This document shows positions 37,108-48,300 of a stretch of DNA of 64,000 bases, piece after piece. A program made the position numbers and the translations under genes. Every line of letters begins with the position of its first letter. Position 1 is the first letter of the stretch. Source of the stretch: Planctomycetota bacterium (lineage in GTDB: Bacteria > Planctomycetota > SZUA-567 > H5-PLA8); the NCBI GenBank assembly GCA_038227875.1, contig JBBRPR010000014.1, positions 117,401-181,400 on the forward strand, written 5' to 3'. The notes beneath the pieces are model-generated. The model did not search any database and was not told the DNA's origin. It saw nothing but the letters and a program-made list of their open reading frames with translations.

Positions 37108-37869
37108 ATGGCGATCGCGGTCCTCGAAAAGTCTTTTTCCGTCCTCGAAGCGCTTTCGCGCGCTGAAGGGCCCACGCCGCTGGCGGAGCTTGCGGCGCAG
37201 ACCAGGCTGCCCAAGCCCACGATCTACCGCATTCTTAAGACACTCCTGGCGCTCGGCTACGTTGGCCAGGAACGTTCGCTGGCCGGATACTTTCTGACCT
37301 CGCGCATGGCCAACCTCGGCCAGCCTGACGCCTTCGGCGCACTGCGCGAACGCGCGCGGCCGATCATGGAAGAACTGCTCGAACGCTTCAACGAGACGGT
37401 CAACCTCGGCGTGCTGGAAAGCGTTTTCGTTCGCTACATCGAGGTGCTTGAAACGTCGCAGTCATTACGCCAGGTCGTCGCACCACGCTCGCGCGACGCG
37501 TTTTATTCCACGGCCATCGGCCGCGCGCTCGTGGCGTTCCTGCCGGAGACGGAACGCGAACGACTCTTGCGCTCGGTTGAACTAAAAGCGCTGACACCCA
37601 AAACGATCACCGATCGCCACGCGCTGCGCACGGAGCTCGATGACACGCTCAAGCGCGGCTGGTCGCGCGAACAAGGCGAGAACGATCTCGGTGTGATCTG
37701 CTTCGGGGCACCGCTGCTCGATCAGGGCCGCCCCGTCGCGGCGATCAGCATCACCATCCCCACTATTCGCGTCACGACGGAGGTGCGCAAGAACGTCGTC
37801 GCGGCGCTCCGTGCGATTCATAGTGAAGTTGCCCGAGAAAAGGAGCTCCTGCATGGCCGTCCTGGCTGA
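37108..37869 (+). CDS. IclR family transcriptional regulator
   Basis: LPKPTIYRILKTL HTH; ETVNLG, STAIGRAL, AAISIT. Confidence 0.9.
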   Translation: MAIAVLEKSFSVLEALSRAEGPTPLAELAAQTRLPKPTIYRILKTLLALGYVGQERSLAGYFLTSRMANLGQPDAFGALRERARPIMEELLERFNETVNLGVLESVFVRYIEVLETSQSLRQVVAPRSRDAFYSTAIGRALVAFLPETERERLLRSVELKALTPKTITDRHALRTELDDTLKRGWSREQGENDLGVICFGAPLLDQGRPVAAISITIPTIRVTTEVRKNVVAALRAIHSEVAREKELLHGRPG

Positions 37870-39184
37870 AACCTCCAGCGCAATTCTGGAACGCAACCGC
37901 GAAGTCATTCCCGGCGGCGTCGTCTCGCTCAACCGCTGCATCGATCCGGTCCGCTCGTTCGTCAGAGCGAAGGGTGCGTACCTTTATGACGCGGAAGGAC
38001 GCCGCTACATCGACTACCACGCGGCGTTCTCGCCGTACCTGCTTGGCCACTGTGATGCCGACGTCGACGGCGCGGTGATCGAATCGATTCAGAGCGGCCA
38101 GTCGCTGATGGGCGCCGGCCCGACGACGTGGGAAGGCGAACTGGCGCGCCTGCTGGTTGAATGCGTGCCGACGCTCGACAAAGTTCAGATCACCAACACC
38201 GGTTCCGAAGCCACGTTCTACGCAATCCGCCTGGCGCGCGCGGCGACCGGGCGCGACGGCGTGGTAGTGATGCAGGGCGGCTACAACGGCTGGCACAACG
38301 ACGTCGCGTTCAATCTGCAGGATCCGGCCGCGGCGATGCGCGAAGATCCAATCAGTGGTGAGCTTCCACTGCGTCCTATCTCCGCAGGCATTCCCGCTAG
38401 TGTGCGCGGCGACGTGCATGCTGTTCACTACAACGATCTGCCGGCCGTCGAATCTGTCTTCAAAACCGGGTTGATCGCAGCGATTATTCTCGAACCGGTG
38501 CTGCAGAACATCGGCATCGTCAAACCGCAGCCGGGGTATTTGCAAGGCTTGCGCGAACTCTGCGACCGCCACGGCGTCGTCCTGATTTTCGATGAAGTGA
38601 AAACCGGCTTCCGCCACGCGCTCGGCGGCTATCAGTCGCTTTGCGGCGTGAGGCCGGACTTGAGCAGCTTCGGCAAGGCCGTCGCCAACGGCTACCCGCT
38701 CGGCGTGATCGGCGGCAAGCGCGAGTACATGGACTACTTCACGCATAGCGATCCGAAAAAGAAAGCGATGATTGGGGGCACGTATAACGCCCACCCCGTG
38801 CCAGTCGCGGCCGCGATCGCGACGCTGAAAAAGCTGCGCGACGGCGCGCACACCATTTATCCGGGCCTGGAGCGCCTCGGCGCGCGCATGGAGGAAGGTC
38901 TGCGCCGCCTGTTCGCGCAGCATCGCATCACCGCGACCGTCGCGCGGCAAGGCTCGGCGTTCACGGCTTACTTCATGGACCACGCGCCACGCGATTGGCG
39001 CGACATTGCCGAGCACCATAATTTTGACTTCGACCTGAAGTACCGCAAGGCGCTGATCGAACAGGGCGTCTTCCATTTCCCCGGCGCGACCAAGCAGGGC
39101 AGCCTCTCGACGGCGCACACGGAAGGCGATGTCGACGAAACACTGGTGATCACCGACCGCGTGTTGCGCGGGCTGAAGGCCTGA
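37853..39184 (+). CDS. Class III PLP aminotransferase (GSAM-like)
   Basis: KGAYLYDAEG..YID, NTGSEAT, FDEVKTGFR, FGKAVANG, GGTYNAHP. Confidence 0.85.
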   Translation: MAVLAETSSAILERNREVIPGGVVSLNRCIDPVRSFVRAKGAYLYDAEGRRYIDYHAAFSPYLLGHCDADVDGAVIESIQSGQSLMGAGPTTWEGELARLLVECVPTLDKVQITNTGSEATFYAIRLARAATGRDGVVVMQGGYNGWHNDVAFNLQDPAAAMREDPISGELPLRPISAGIPASVRGDVHAVHYNDLPAVESVFKTGLIAAIILEPVLQNIGIVKPQPGYLQGLRELCDRHGVVLIFDEVKTGFRHALGGYQSLCGVRPDLSSFGKAVANGYPLGVIGGKREYMDYFTHSDPKKKAMIGGTYNAHPVPVAAAIATLKKLRDGAHTIYPGLERLGARMEEGLRRLFAQHRITATVARQGSAFTAYFMDHAPRDWRDIAEHHNFDFDLKYRKALIEQGVFHFPGATKQGSLSTAHTEGDVDETLVITDRVLRGLKA

Positions 39185-39204
39185 TTCTCTTTCGAGGACG
39201 AGCG

Positions 39205-39981
39205 ATGCTGCTAAAGAATCAGACGGCGATTATCAGCGGCGGATTGGGCGACATCGGCCGCGCCATCGCGCGCATGTTGGCGACCAACGGCGCCAACATC
39301 GCGCTCGGAGACCTGCTCCCGGTGGACAAAGCCGCGCAGTTTCTGCTCGAACTGGAACGATTGCCGTCCGGCGTAAAAGCGCGCTACGACCGTGTGGATG
39401 TCTGCGACGCATCGGCCGTCACTGCGTGGGTCGAAAGTGCGTCCTCGGCGCTGGGTACGCCGACGCTGGTCGTGCCGAACGCTGCGAAGGTGACGCTCAA
39501 GACGATGCTTGAGGTCACGCCTGCCGAATGGGAATCGGAACTGCGCGTCAATCTGACCGGCGCGTTTCATCTGGCACAGGCGGCGGCGCGGAAACTGGTC
39601 GCGGCGAAGCTGCCGGGCCGGATTGTCTTTATCGGAAGTTGGGCCGCGCACGCGCCGCACCGTCCGCTGCCGGCTTACTCTGTGACAAAAGCCGGACTGC
39701 GCATGCTGATGCGCTGCATGGCGCTGGATCTCGCGGAGCAGAAGATTCTGGTCAACGAAGTTGCGCCCGGCTACGTCGACGCGGGCTTGAGCGGCCGATT
39801 TTTCGAGGCCGACAGCGCAGTGCGCGACGCGGCGCGAGCCCGCGTGCCGATCCAGGAATTGATCTCCGCCGAAGATGTCGCGCGCGAAGTGCTGCATCTC
39901 TGCGACCCGGCATGCCGGCATCAGACCGGCAACGTGGTCGTGATGGACGGTGGACTGTCGTTGGTCAGCAAGGCAAATTGA
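39205..39981 (+). CDS. Short-chain dehydrogenase/reductase
   Basis: SGGLGDIG, YSVTK, VAPG, DGG. Confidence 0.88.
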   Translation: MLLKNQTAIISGGLGDIGRAIARMLATNGANIALGDLLPVDKAAQFLLELERLPSGVKARYDRVDVCDASAVTAWVESASSALGTPTLVVPNAAKVTLKTMLEVTPAEWESELRVNLTGAFHLAQAAARKLVAAKLPGRIVFIGSWAAHAPHRPLPAYSVTKAGLRMLMRCMALDLAEQKILVNEVAPGYVDAGLSGRFFEADSAVRDAARARVPIQELISAEDVAREVLHLCDPACRHQTGNVVVMDGGLSLVSKAN

Positions 39982-39998
39982 CAAAGAAAGGCACGGTT

Positions 39999-41384
39999 AT
40001 GAACAGTTCGAGAGCGCCATTTTATCATCCGGGATTCTCCGGTCACATCGGCGTGGCGCGGACGGACATTACGCCGCCCATTGGCATCTACGCGCGTAAC
40101 TGGGGCGCGGCGAAGCACGACGCGGCCGAATCCATTAACCGCCCGCTGACCTTGACGGCGCTGACGCTCCAGACGTCGCCTGACGCGCAGCCGCTGGTCC
40201 TGGTCGCGGCCGACATGGGCTGGTGGCGCGATTCAGCGGAAGCCTCCGTGCGTGAACCGATTCTTGACGCGCTGAAAATTGGGCGCGAACGCTTTATCTT
40301 CAATCTTTCGCACACGCATTCCGCGCCGGTGCTTTCGCCCGGGGTCACCAATGCGGCAGGAGTTCAATTCAGCGAAGCCTACCTGCAGCGCATCCGCGAC
40401 GCGGCGCTCGAAGCCGTGCGCGGAGCCTTGCGCTCGGCACGTCCGGCGACGCTGGAGTGGGCCACCGGTCGCTGCGATCTGGCGCGCAACCGCGATCTGC
40501 CCGAACCGGAGAAGAAGCGCATCGTCTGCGGCTACAATCCGGGCTCCGACGCCGATGACACGCTGCTGATCGGCCGTGTCACGAGCATGATCGACGGACG
40601 CGAGCGCATCCTCGCGACGCTCGTCAACTACGCCTGCCATCCCGTCACGCTGGCCTGGGAAAACCGCGCGATCTCGCCGGACTTCGTCGGCGCGATGCGC
40701 GAAATCATCGAAGGCCGCACTGAAGCGCCGTGCCTCTTCCTGCAAGGCGCGTCGGGCGAACTGGCGCCGGCCGAAGAATACACCGGCGACACGCAGGTCG
40801 CCGATCGCCATGGCCGCCGCCTGGGTTTTGCCGCGCTTTCCGTGATCGAAGGCATGTTGCCAAGCGCGGCGGAACTCGCATATGGCGGAGTCGTCGAATC
40901 CGGTGCGCCGCTGGCGGTCTGGACGCGTCGCCCGCATACGCTCAATACCACACTGGGGGCGATGCGCGCGACGACGGCATACGCAATCAAGAAGGACTAT
41001 CCGCCCGCCGCGGAAATCGAGCAGCAACTGGCCGCATGTTCCGATCGTGTGATGTCCGAACGGATGCGGCGCAAGCTCGCGCTCCGACAGAAACTCGGCG
41101 ACGGCGCGACGGCCGAAAGCGCTCTCTGGGCGTGGCGCATCGGCGATGTCTTCATGCTCGGCGTGCCGAACGAAGCGTACTCGCTGCTGCAGACCGAACT
41201 CCGCCGCCGCCTCGCGCCGCGAATGGTGGCCGTGATGAATCTCGTCAACGGGAGTACCGCTTACCTGCCTCCCGCCACTCTTTATGATACGGATATTTAT
41301 CAAGTCTGGCAGACGCCGTTTGACCGTGGCTGTCTGGAGCAGACCATTGAACTGGGTGCGCGCTGCGTAGAGGAGCTTTCATGA
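39999..41384 (+). CDS. Neutral/alkaline ceramidase-like amidohydrolase
   Basis: [36 protein letters not shown]. Confidence 0.8.
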   Translation: MNSSRAPFYHPGFSGHIGVARTDITPPIGIYARNWGAAKHDAAESINRPLTLTALTLQTSPDAQPLVLVAADMGWWRDSAEASVREPILDALKIGRERFIFNLSHTHSAPVLSPGVTNAAGVQFSEAYLQRIRDAALEAVRGALRSARPATLEWATGRCDLARNRDLPEPEKKRIVCGYNPGSDADDTLLIGRVTSMIDGRERILATLVNYACHPVTLAWENRAISPDFVGAMREIIEGRTEAPCLFLQGASGELAPAEEYTGDTQVADRHGRRLGFAALSVIEGMLPSAAELAYGGVVESGAPLAVWTRRPHTLNTTLGAMRATTAYAIKKDYPPAAEIEQQLAACSDRVMSERMRRKLALRQKLGDGATAESALWAWRIGDVFMLGVPNEAYSLLQTELRRRLAPRMVAVMNLVNGSTAYLPPATLYDTDIYQVWQTPFDRGCLEQTIELGARCVEELS

Positions 41385-42559
41385 AAATCACCAAGGTCGA
41401 AACGCTCGTTTGTAACGCGCGGATGCGCAACTGGATCTTCGTCAAAGTCGTGACCGACCAGCCCGGACTCTTCGGCTGGGGCGAGGCGACGCTCGAATGG
41501 CATACGCGCTCAGTCGTCGGCGCGGTCGAAGACATTTCGCAGCTGCTCGTCGGCGAAGACCCGACGCGGATCGAGCACCTCTGGCAGATGATGTACCGCC
41601 AGCATTTCTGGCACGGCAACGGCATTGTGCGCGGCACGGCGATCAGCGGCATCGACATCGCACTGTGGGACATTCTCGGAAAAATTCATGGCGTGCCGAT
41701 TCATAAATTGATGGGCGGCCCCGTGCGCGATTACATCCGCACGTACTGCCATCTCGGCGGCGGCAAAATGGAGGATTTTTACAACACGCCCGTCGACAAC
41801 GCGCGCCGCTTCGGGGAGCTTGCCGCCGAAGCCGTCGAGAACGGATACACCGCATTCAAGTCGATGGCTGTGCCCGAAACCGCGCCGATCGAAGGCCTCA
41901 AGCCGATTAAGGCCGCGGAAGCATCCGTCCGCGCGATGCGCGACGCGGTCGGCGACGGCATCGACATCATGGTCGATTGTCACGCGCGCCCCTCACCGCG
42001 CATGGGCCTGCGTTTCGCCAAGGCGCTCGAACCGTACGGGCTCTATTTTTTCGAGGAGCCCTGCTGGCCGGAGACGCTCGACGACATCGCCGCCGTGCAG
42101 CGCGCAGTCTCGACGCCCATCGCAACCGGCGAACGTCTCGTCACGCAACACGCGTTCCGCGAATTGTTTGAAAAACGCGCGTGCAGCATCATCCAGCCGG
42201 ACATCACCCACTGCGGCGGCTTAACGGAAGTCCGGCGTATCGCCGCGATGGCCGAAGCCTATCGCATCGCGCTCGCGCCGCATAACCCGCAGGGACCCGT
42301 GAGCACGGCCGCGTCGCTGGAATTGGGCTTCGCTACACCGTCGTACATCATTTGTGAATCGGTTCACCTCGATGTCCCGTGGCGCCAGGATGTTGTTACC
42401 GAAGGCTTCACCGTCGAGAAAAAGGGTCGGATCGTGCGCCCCGGAAACCGGCCAGGCCTGGGCATCGAAATCAACGAGGCGGAAGTCCGCAAGCATCCGT
42501 TCCAGCAGGAAGTCCTGCAGCGCAGTTTCTACGCGGATGGCAGTGTCGGCGACTGGTGA
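41381..42559 (+). CDS. dgoD: Galactonate dehydratase-like enolase-superfamily enzyme
   Basis: [40 protein letters not shown]. Confidence 0.75.
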   Translation: MKITKVETLVCNARMRNWIFVKVVTDQPGLFGWGEATLEWHTRSVVGAVEDISQLLVGEDPTRIEHLWQMMYRQHFWHGNGIVRGTAISGIDIALWDILGKIHGVPIHKLMGGPVRDYIRTYCHLGGGKMEDFYNTPVDNARRFGELAAEAVENGYTAFKSMAVPETAPIEGLKPIKAAEASVRAMRDAVGDGIDIMVDCHARPSPRMGLRFAKALEPYGLYFFEEPCWPETLDDIAAVQRAVSTPIATGERLVTQHAFRELFEKRACSIIQPDITHCGGLTEVRRIAAMAEAYRIALAPHNPQGPVSTAASLELGFATPSYIICESVHLDVPWRQDVVTEGFTVEKKGRIVRPGNRPGLGIEINEAEVRKHPFQQEVLQRSFYADGSVGDW

Positions 42560-42688
42560 GACTCTGCTCTCCATAGGAATAAGTGACGTTATCCCCGCCC
42601 GGCGCACGAGGAAGTGTTGCAATTGGGAGTGACACACATTACGTTGGCAGTCACTTTCTTGCGTGCGACCGACCTACAAGGGGGCATA

Positions 42689-44596
42689 ATGACACTTCGC
42701 GTGTGTGGGCTGCTTTCGGTACTCCTCTTCGCAGCGGCGATCGGATCTGCACGCGCAGAAACACTTGAAATGAAGGACGGCTCGAAAGTTGTCGGCACGG
42801 TTGTTGAAGAAACCGATTCGGCGATCACATTAAAGGTCAAGTTCGGCACGATCATCTATCAGAAGAGCGAAATTAAAAATATCGATAAGGAAGGCGTTGT
42901 CCCCGCTCCGCCTGCAAAGGTGGCTGCGAAAAAGGAGCCACCTGCTCCTGCCGCTCCGGCGACGCCGCCGACCCCTGCCGTACCGCCGAAGGAAAAAGTG
43001 GAGTCCAAGCCCAAAACGGAAGTCGCGGCTCCAGCCAAACCAAAACCGGAGGAGGCGCCCCCGGCAGCGCCCAAGCCAAAAGAGTCCGATCCATTTGCTT
43101 CCACGCCGAAGCCGAAGCCGCAGCCGCAGCCGCGATCGAATCCTGACCCTTCGACGGAAGTCTCATCCGCGCCGCGCTCGAGCGGAGAAGGCGAACTGCG
43201 CGATGTCGTTGTGCTGAAGGCCGGCGGCGAGCAGCGTGGATTTCTCGTTTCCGAATCGGACACCGAGGTCGTATTCGACGTGGTCATGAGCGGTAAGAGC
43301 GTGGCGAAGACGATGCTGTCCCGGACCACCTTTCACCGCGGTGAAGTTGATTCCATCAAGAAGCTCACCGATGAACAGCGCGCCGCCGCGCTGAAGGATC
43401 TGAACAACGCCGCGAAAGAGGAAAAGCGGGACAAGGCTGCAGCACAGAACATCGAGATCGAGCCGTACAGCTGGCAGCTCAAGAACGACCCGAGCAAGTC
43501 TGTGCAGGTGAAGCGCGTCCAACTCACCCACTTCTCCATTGAATCCGACATTGAAGACGACGATCTGCTGCGCAAGCTCGCCTACCGGCTCGACAAGGTC
43601 TTCAATGCGTATCAGCAGTATTTCGGCGTGGACCGCAACGATGCCGTAAAAGTGCGCGTGATGATTTTCAAATCGATGGAGGAATTCTACGCCTCCAACG
43701 GCACCGGCATGCTGAATCCCGCGTTTTATAGCCCCCTCGACAGGCAAGTCCTGGCGGGATGCGATGTCAAAAAATACGAAATGCAGATTGCCGAAATCCG
43801 GGAGCGCCACAAAAAGCTCGAAATCGAACTCCACGATTGGAAGATCCGTGTTGAAGAAGCCCGCGCGGACGTGCGTGCCCAGGTCTCCAAAGCTTATGAC
43901 CAGGTCAATGCGGGAGGAAAGGGCGCCACGGCGGCCGGGCAGGCGGCGATGGAGAACATCAAGCAGCAGGAACGCGAATGGATGCTGGACGTGGGTGCGA
44001 AGGAAAAGCACGTCAACGAAATCCAGGACCTGATCTTCCAGTGCAACCGGCACAACGACGTCGTATTTGGCGAAGTGACCCAGCAGATGCTGTCGACCAT
44101 GTACCACGAGGGATTCCACGCGTTTCTGCACAACTTCCTGTTCGAATCGGAAGAAGCCCTGACCGTGCCGCGTTGGCTCAACGAGGGACTGGCGCAGTAT
44201 TTCGAAGCAGCGCGCCTGGAGAATGGGCACTTTATCCTTGGGCAGGACGTGCGCGAAAAGATGGCGATCCTGCGAAAATTCCGCAACGCCGAATCGCTCC
44301 TTCCGCTCGAAAAGCTCGTCTCCGGCGGCGCGGCCGACTACCAGGTTCATGAAATCGCCAATCTGGAACGCTCGACCAAGAACTACCTGCAGGCGTGGCT
44401 GCTGACCAGCGTGCTGGGCGACAAGGGCCGTTTGAAAAAGGAAATTCTGCAGGCCTACGTGACGGCAATGAAGAATAAGCCGGCACTGGAAGCCCTGCCG
44501 GTGCTCACGGGTATTCCCAACGATCAGCTCGAACAGGCGATGGAAGACAAGTTGAAGCCGGGATTCCAGGCCTCGCCGGAGCCGGAAAAGAAGTAG
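42689..44596 (+). CDS. Secreted DUF1570 / zincin-like protein with Pro-rich linker and coiled coil
   Basis: Signal peptide; HEGFH...PRWLNEGLAQYFE; AFYSP. Confidence 0.75.
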   Translation: MTLRVCGLLSVLLFAAAIGSARAETLEMKDGSKVVGTVVEETDSAITLKVKFGTIIYQKSEIKNIDKEGVVPAPPAKVAAKKEPPAPAAPATPPTPAVPPKEKVESKPKTEVAAPAKPKPEEAPPAAPKPKESDPFASTPKPKPQPQPRSNPDPSTEVSSAPRSSGEGELRDVVVLKAGGEQRGFLVSESDTEVVFDVVMSGKSVAKTMLSRTTFHRGEVDSIKKLTDEQRAAALKDLNNAAKEEKRDKAAAQNIEIEPYSWQLKNDPSKSVQVKRVQLTHFSIESDIEDDDLLRKLAYRLDKVFNAYQQYFGVDRNDAVKVRVMIFKSMEEFYASNGTGMLNPAFYSPLDRQVLAGCDVKKYEMQIAEIRERHKKLEIELHDWKIRVEEARADVRAQVSKAYDQVNAGGKGATAAGQAAMENIKQQEREWMLDVGAKEKHVNEIQDLIFQCNRHNDVVFGEVTQQMLSTMYHEGFHAFLHNFLFESEEALTVPRWLNEGLAQYFEAARLENGHFILGQDVREKMAILRKFRNAESLLPLEKLVSGGAADYQVHEIANLERSTKNYLQAWLLTSVLGDKGRLKKEILQAYVTAMKNKPALEALPVLTGIPNDQLEQAMEDKLKPGFQASPEPEKK

Positions 44597-44742
44597 TTCG
44601 GCTCCCGGGTATGCCCATTTTGATCGTCGGAAAGTTTTTATAGTGGTTGCAGCTGCACGCATATTTTTCAAAATTTGCACAGATTCTTAAATCCATTCAC
44701 CCACCTGCCCAGTAATAGCTTCACGGTTCCTGGAGTACGGCA

Positions 44743-45327
44743 TTGAAGACCGATGAAGAACTATTCTTAAGCGGCGGGGATACGGCCATGACCGAACTCG
44801 TGGGGCGTTATGAACGCCCATTATTTCGATTTCTGCTCCACCTGACCAATGATGCGCAACTGGCTGAGGACGTCTTTCAGGAAAGTTTCCTGCGGCTCCA
44901 TCGCTCGCGATCGACCTACCGGTCCGATCAGGCGCTCAAACCGTACCTCTACCGTATTGCGCTGAATGCGCTGCGCGATCAGCGCTCCCGGCAGCGGCCG
45001 TCGGTACCGCTGGAGACGGCGGCGCTGCAATCGCAAACGAATCCGGCTCTGCGCGCCTCCGGGCCCCGGCCGGACGATGCGTACGAGACTTCTGAAACGC
45101 AACGCCACATCCGCGCGGCGCTGGTGGCACTGCCGGAGAGCGAGCGCGAAGTCGTCGTGCTTCGCGTCTTCGAAGATCTGAGTTTTCCTGAGATTGCCCG
45201 CATTGTCGACATTCCCATTCCGACCGCCAAGTCTCGCATGCTGTACGCGCTCCGCCGCATGAAGCCGGCCCTGGAGCGCTACCTGAGCGGCGCGTCGAAC
45301 ATTTCTGCAAAGGATCTTGCGCTATGA
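44743..45327 (+). CDS. ECF RNA polymerase sigma factor
   Basis: LAEDVFQESF, LYRIA.N, LPESEREVV.L, IPIPTAKSRM; TTG start behind GGAG. Confidence 0.9.
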   Translation: MKTDEELFLSGGDTAMTELVGRYERPLFRFLLHLTNDAQLAEDVFQESFLRLHRSRSTYRSDQALKPYLYRIALNALRDQRSRQRPSVPLETAALQSQTNPALRASGPRPDDAYETSETQRHIRAALVALPESEREVVVLRVFEDLSFPEIARIVDIPIPTAKSRMLYALRRMKPALERYLSGASNISAKDLAL

Positions 45328-48300
45328 ACGAAGAAATGATTCCACCTGAACCCACGTCCGAGAATGAGCGTCGCCGCGAGACGATGTTGGCGTATTACCT
45401 TGGCGCGCTGGAACCCGAGCAGGAAGCGCTGATTCGCGGGCGTATCGAGACCAGCCCCGAATGGCAGGCCGCGCGTCTGGAAGCCAAGACGATGCTCAAC
45501 GGCCTCAAGCGCGACGCGCACGCCGGCACCGCGCCGGCGACGCTAGCCGAACGGACGCTGGAATCGTTGCGCAACGACGGCAAGCCACGCGCGGCCGAAA
45601 CTGCGGCGAAAGCCACTGTCTCACGCGCGGCCGTCAAACGGGATCGCGTCGCAGCGCCGGTCGCCTCGCCGCTGTTTACGAAAACGGTCCGCGTTTTCGC
45701 GGCGCTGTTCGTGGTGAGCTTGATCACGCTCGGAATTCTCGCCTGGAGCAACGCGGCGAGTTCCGTGTCGGCGCCGGCAATTTACTGGCGCACGGAGAGC
45801 GAATTGGCGTCTGGTGGGCCGTTTGCGCCGTCGCTGCAGATTCGCGATGCGGCCAGCGGTGTGCCGGCGTCAGCGTCCGTAACGGCGCAGCTTTACGACG
45901 AACGGGACAAAAGCAAAGTAATCCCCATCGGCACGGCATCGACCGATGAGACGGGGACTCTTGCCGCGACGAACTGGCGCGTGCCGGCAGTTCCCGCGGG
46001 AAAGTACATTCTGCAGATCTTGGCGCGATCGGGCCTGGGCACGGAACTCGACCGCGTCGAACACCCGGTCACCATTGCCGCCTCCAATCGCCTGGCGCTC
46101 GCACCGGATCGTACCCAGGCGCGGCCGGGCGAGACGCTTCACGTCCGCGCACTGGCCTTGTCGTCGGCCGGCCAGACGCCGGTCCGCAACACGCCGATTA
46201 CGTTCGACATTCTCGATCCGCGCGGCAACCGCATCAATCGTGTCGAAACGCGCACGTCTAATTTCGGACTCGCCTGGGCGGAATTCCGGCTCGACACCGC
46301 CGCTCCGGAAGGCGCGTACAAACTCACGGCAATCTCGGAAGGGCTCGCGGCCGAGCGCGAAGTGAACGTGAAGCAGTACGCGCTGCCGGCGTACCAGACT
46401 GTGATCGCCCCTGCGAAAGCGTGGTTCAAGAAGAATGAGACGATCAACGGCACGCTCGACGTCCACACATTTGACGGCCAGCGCATCTCCGATGCCACGA
46501 GCGATCTGACGCTAACCACCGCGACAGGCCAGGTCGTGAGCCAGCAGCATTTGAATCCCGCGCAAGACGGCCGCGCTGCGTTTTCGTTGCCGTGGAGCAG
46601 CAGCGATGACAGCGATCGCTTCGCGCTGATCCTGCATTCCAAAGTCACCGATGGCGGCGGCCGCGTCGTTGAATGCAAGAAGCCGATTTCCATCGCAGGC
46701 GGTGAACTGGTGCTCAGTGCGATTCCCGAAGCGCGGGAACTGGTGCCTGGCGTCGCCAACCGCGTTTACCTTCTCGCGCGCAGCCCGGATGGGCGTGGCA
46801 TGACGTCGCACCTGATCGTCCATCGCGGCGCCGAAGTCCAGGAGCTCGATACCGACGCGGCCGGTGTGGCGGCGCTGACAGTGGAAAATCCCGAGCGGCC
46901 GGCGGAGGTGATCGAGATCACCGACCGCGCGACCGGCGTCTCGAGGCGCGTGTCACTGCCCATTCGCGCCGAGAAAGACGGACGCCTGCTGCTGCGCACC
47001 GATCGCGCGATTGCTCAGGGCGGCCAGACGCTGACGGCCACGCTGCTCTGCGGCGGCGCGACGCCCACTTCCAATGGCGTGGCGCTGGTCTCCCTGCGCA
47101 AGGGTGGCAGCACGGTCTTCAGTAAAGGCGTGAAACTCAGCGGGGTATCGACGTCTGTGCAATTCCAAATTCCCGAAGGCAGCGCGGGGTTGTATTCGCT
47201 CGACACCGTGATGACCGTGGGGGCTGATGCGTGGACGGATCGCCGTTCGTTGCTCGTGACCAACAGCAGCAACGTGCGCGTGGTCGCGTCGGCCGATCGC
47301 GCGTCGTACAAGCCGGGTCAGCGCGCGCGCTTGAATTTCAACGTCACCGATGCGTCGGGCAAAGGCTTGGCGAGCGCCGTCTCGGTGCTCGCGGTTGACG
47401 AAGCGCTGCTAACGCTGACCGGCGAGAACCCCGGCCTGGCGCAGGCGCTGCTGAGCGACGAATCCGGCGCGCTGTCGCAGCCGGATTTGCCGCTGGACGT
47501 CCGCGACTTCGGCCCCGCGCAAGGCGATTCGCCGGCAGCGCTCGCGGCGCTGGCGCATGTCGCGCCGAAGTTGCCATCACCGAATTCTGAGCGTAACGAT
47601 TCAGAAGAATTCATCGATCACTCCGCGGCAAAACTGGAGATGGTACGCCACGAGAGAAAGCAAACGAACGACCTGCTGAAACAATGCGCGTGGGCACTCG
47701 GCGGTGTCAGTGCCGTGTTCGTATTCACGCTGCTTCTCATTTGGGAACTGAGCACCAACATATCTTTTCGGCCGCGAAACCTCGCACTCACCGGAAACTT
47801 TATCGGCTGGGTCACGGCAATTACCTTGGTTGCCGCACTGGGAATTCTGCTCGTCGCTCCGTTCCACAGACCCGGCTTGTTTGTCACTTTAATGGCCGCC
47901 AGTCTGGTCGTGTCCCACGCCGTGCTGATCTGGCATGGAATTGCCCTTACCCCCAATGCGTCGGCGCTGAAGGTCATTACCGTCACGGTGCTATCCGACT
48001 GCTACCTGCTGGCCGCGGCCTGCCTCGCGGCACAATCGCGCAACCAGGACGGAGAGGTGCTTCTTTTCATTCTCTTTGGCGCCCTGCCAGTCGTCATCGC
48101 GCAATTGACGCAATCAGTACCGGGGAACCTGGTCCGTATCGGCATAGCGTGTGCCGGACTCTTCTTCTTCGCTGCGTTAATTCTTCCAACGCTGGGCCGG
48201 GCGCGGGAGAAAGCCGCGGCTAACGGCCGCGGATTTGTAGTGGCTGCGAAAGCGGAGGCCTTTGAGGAAGAGACTGCACTGTTATCCAGTCGTCCTCTTC

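Noticed and set aside
37853..39184. hemL assignment
   Set aside because: GSAM-like, but lacks the usual PGGVNSPVR and sits in a catabolic operon; left as class III aminotransferase
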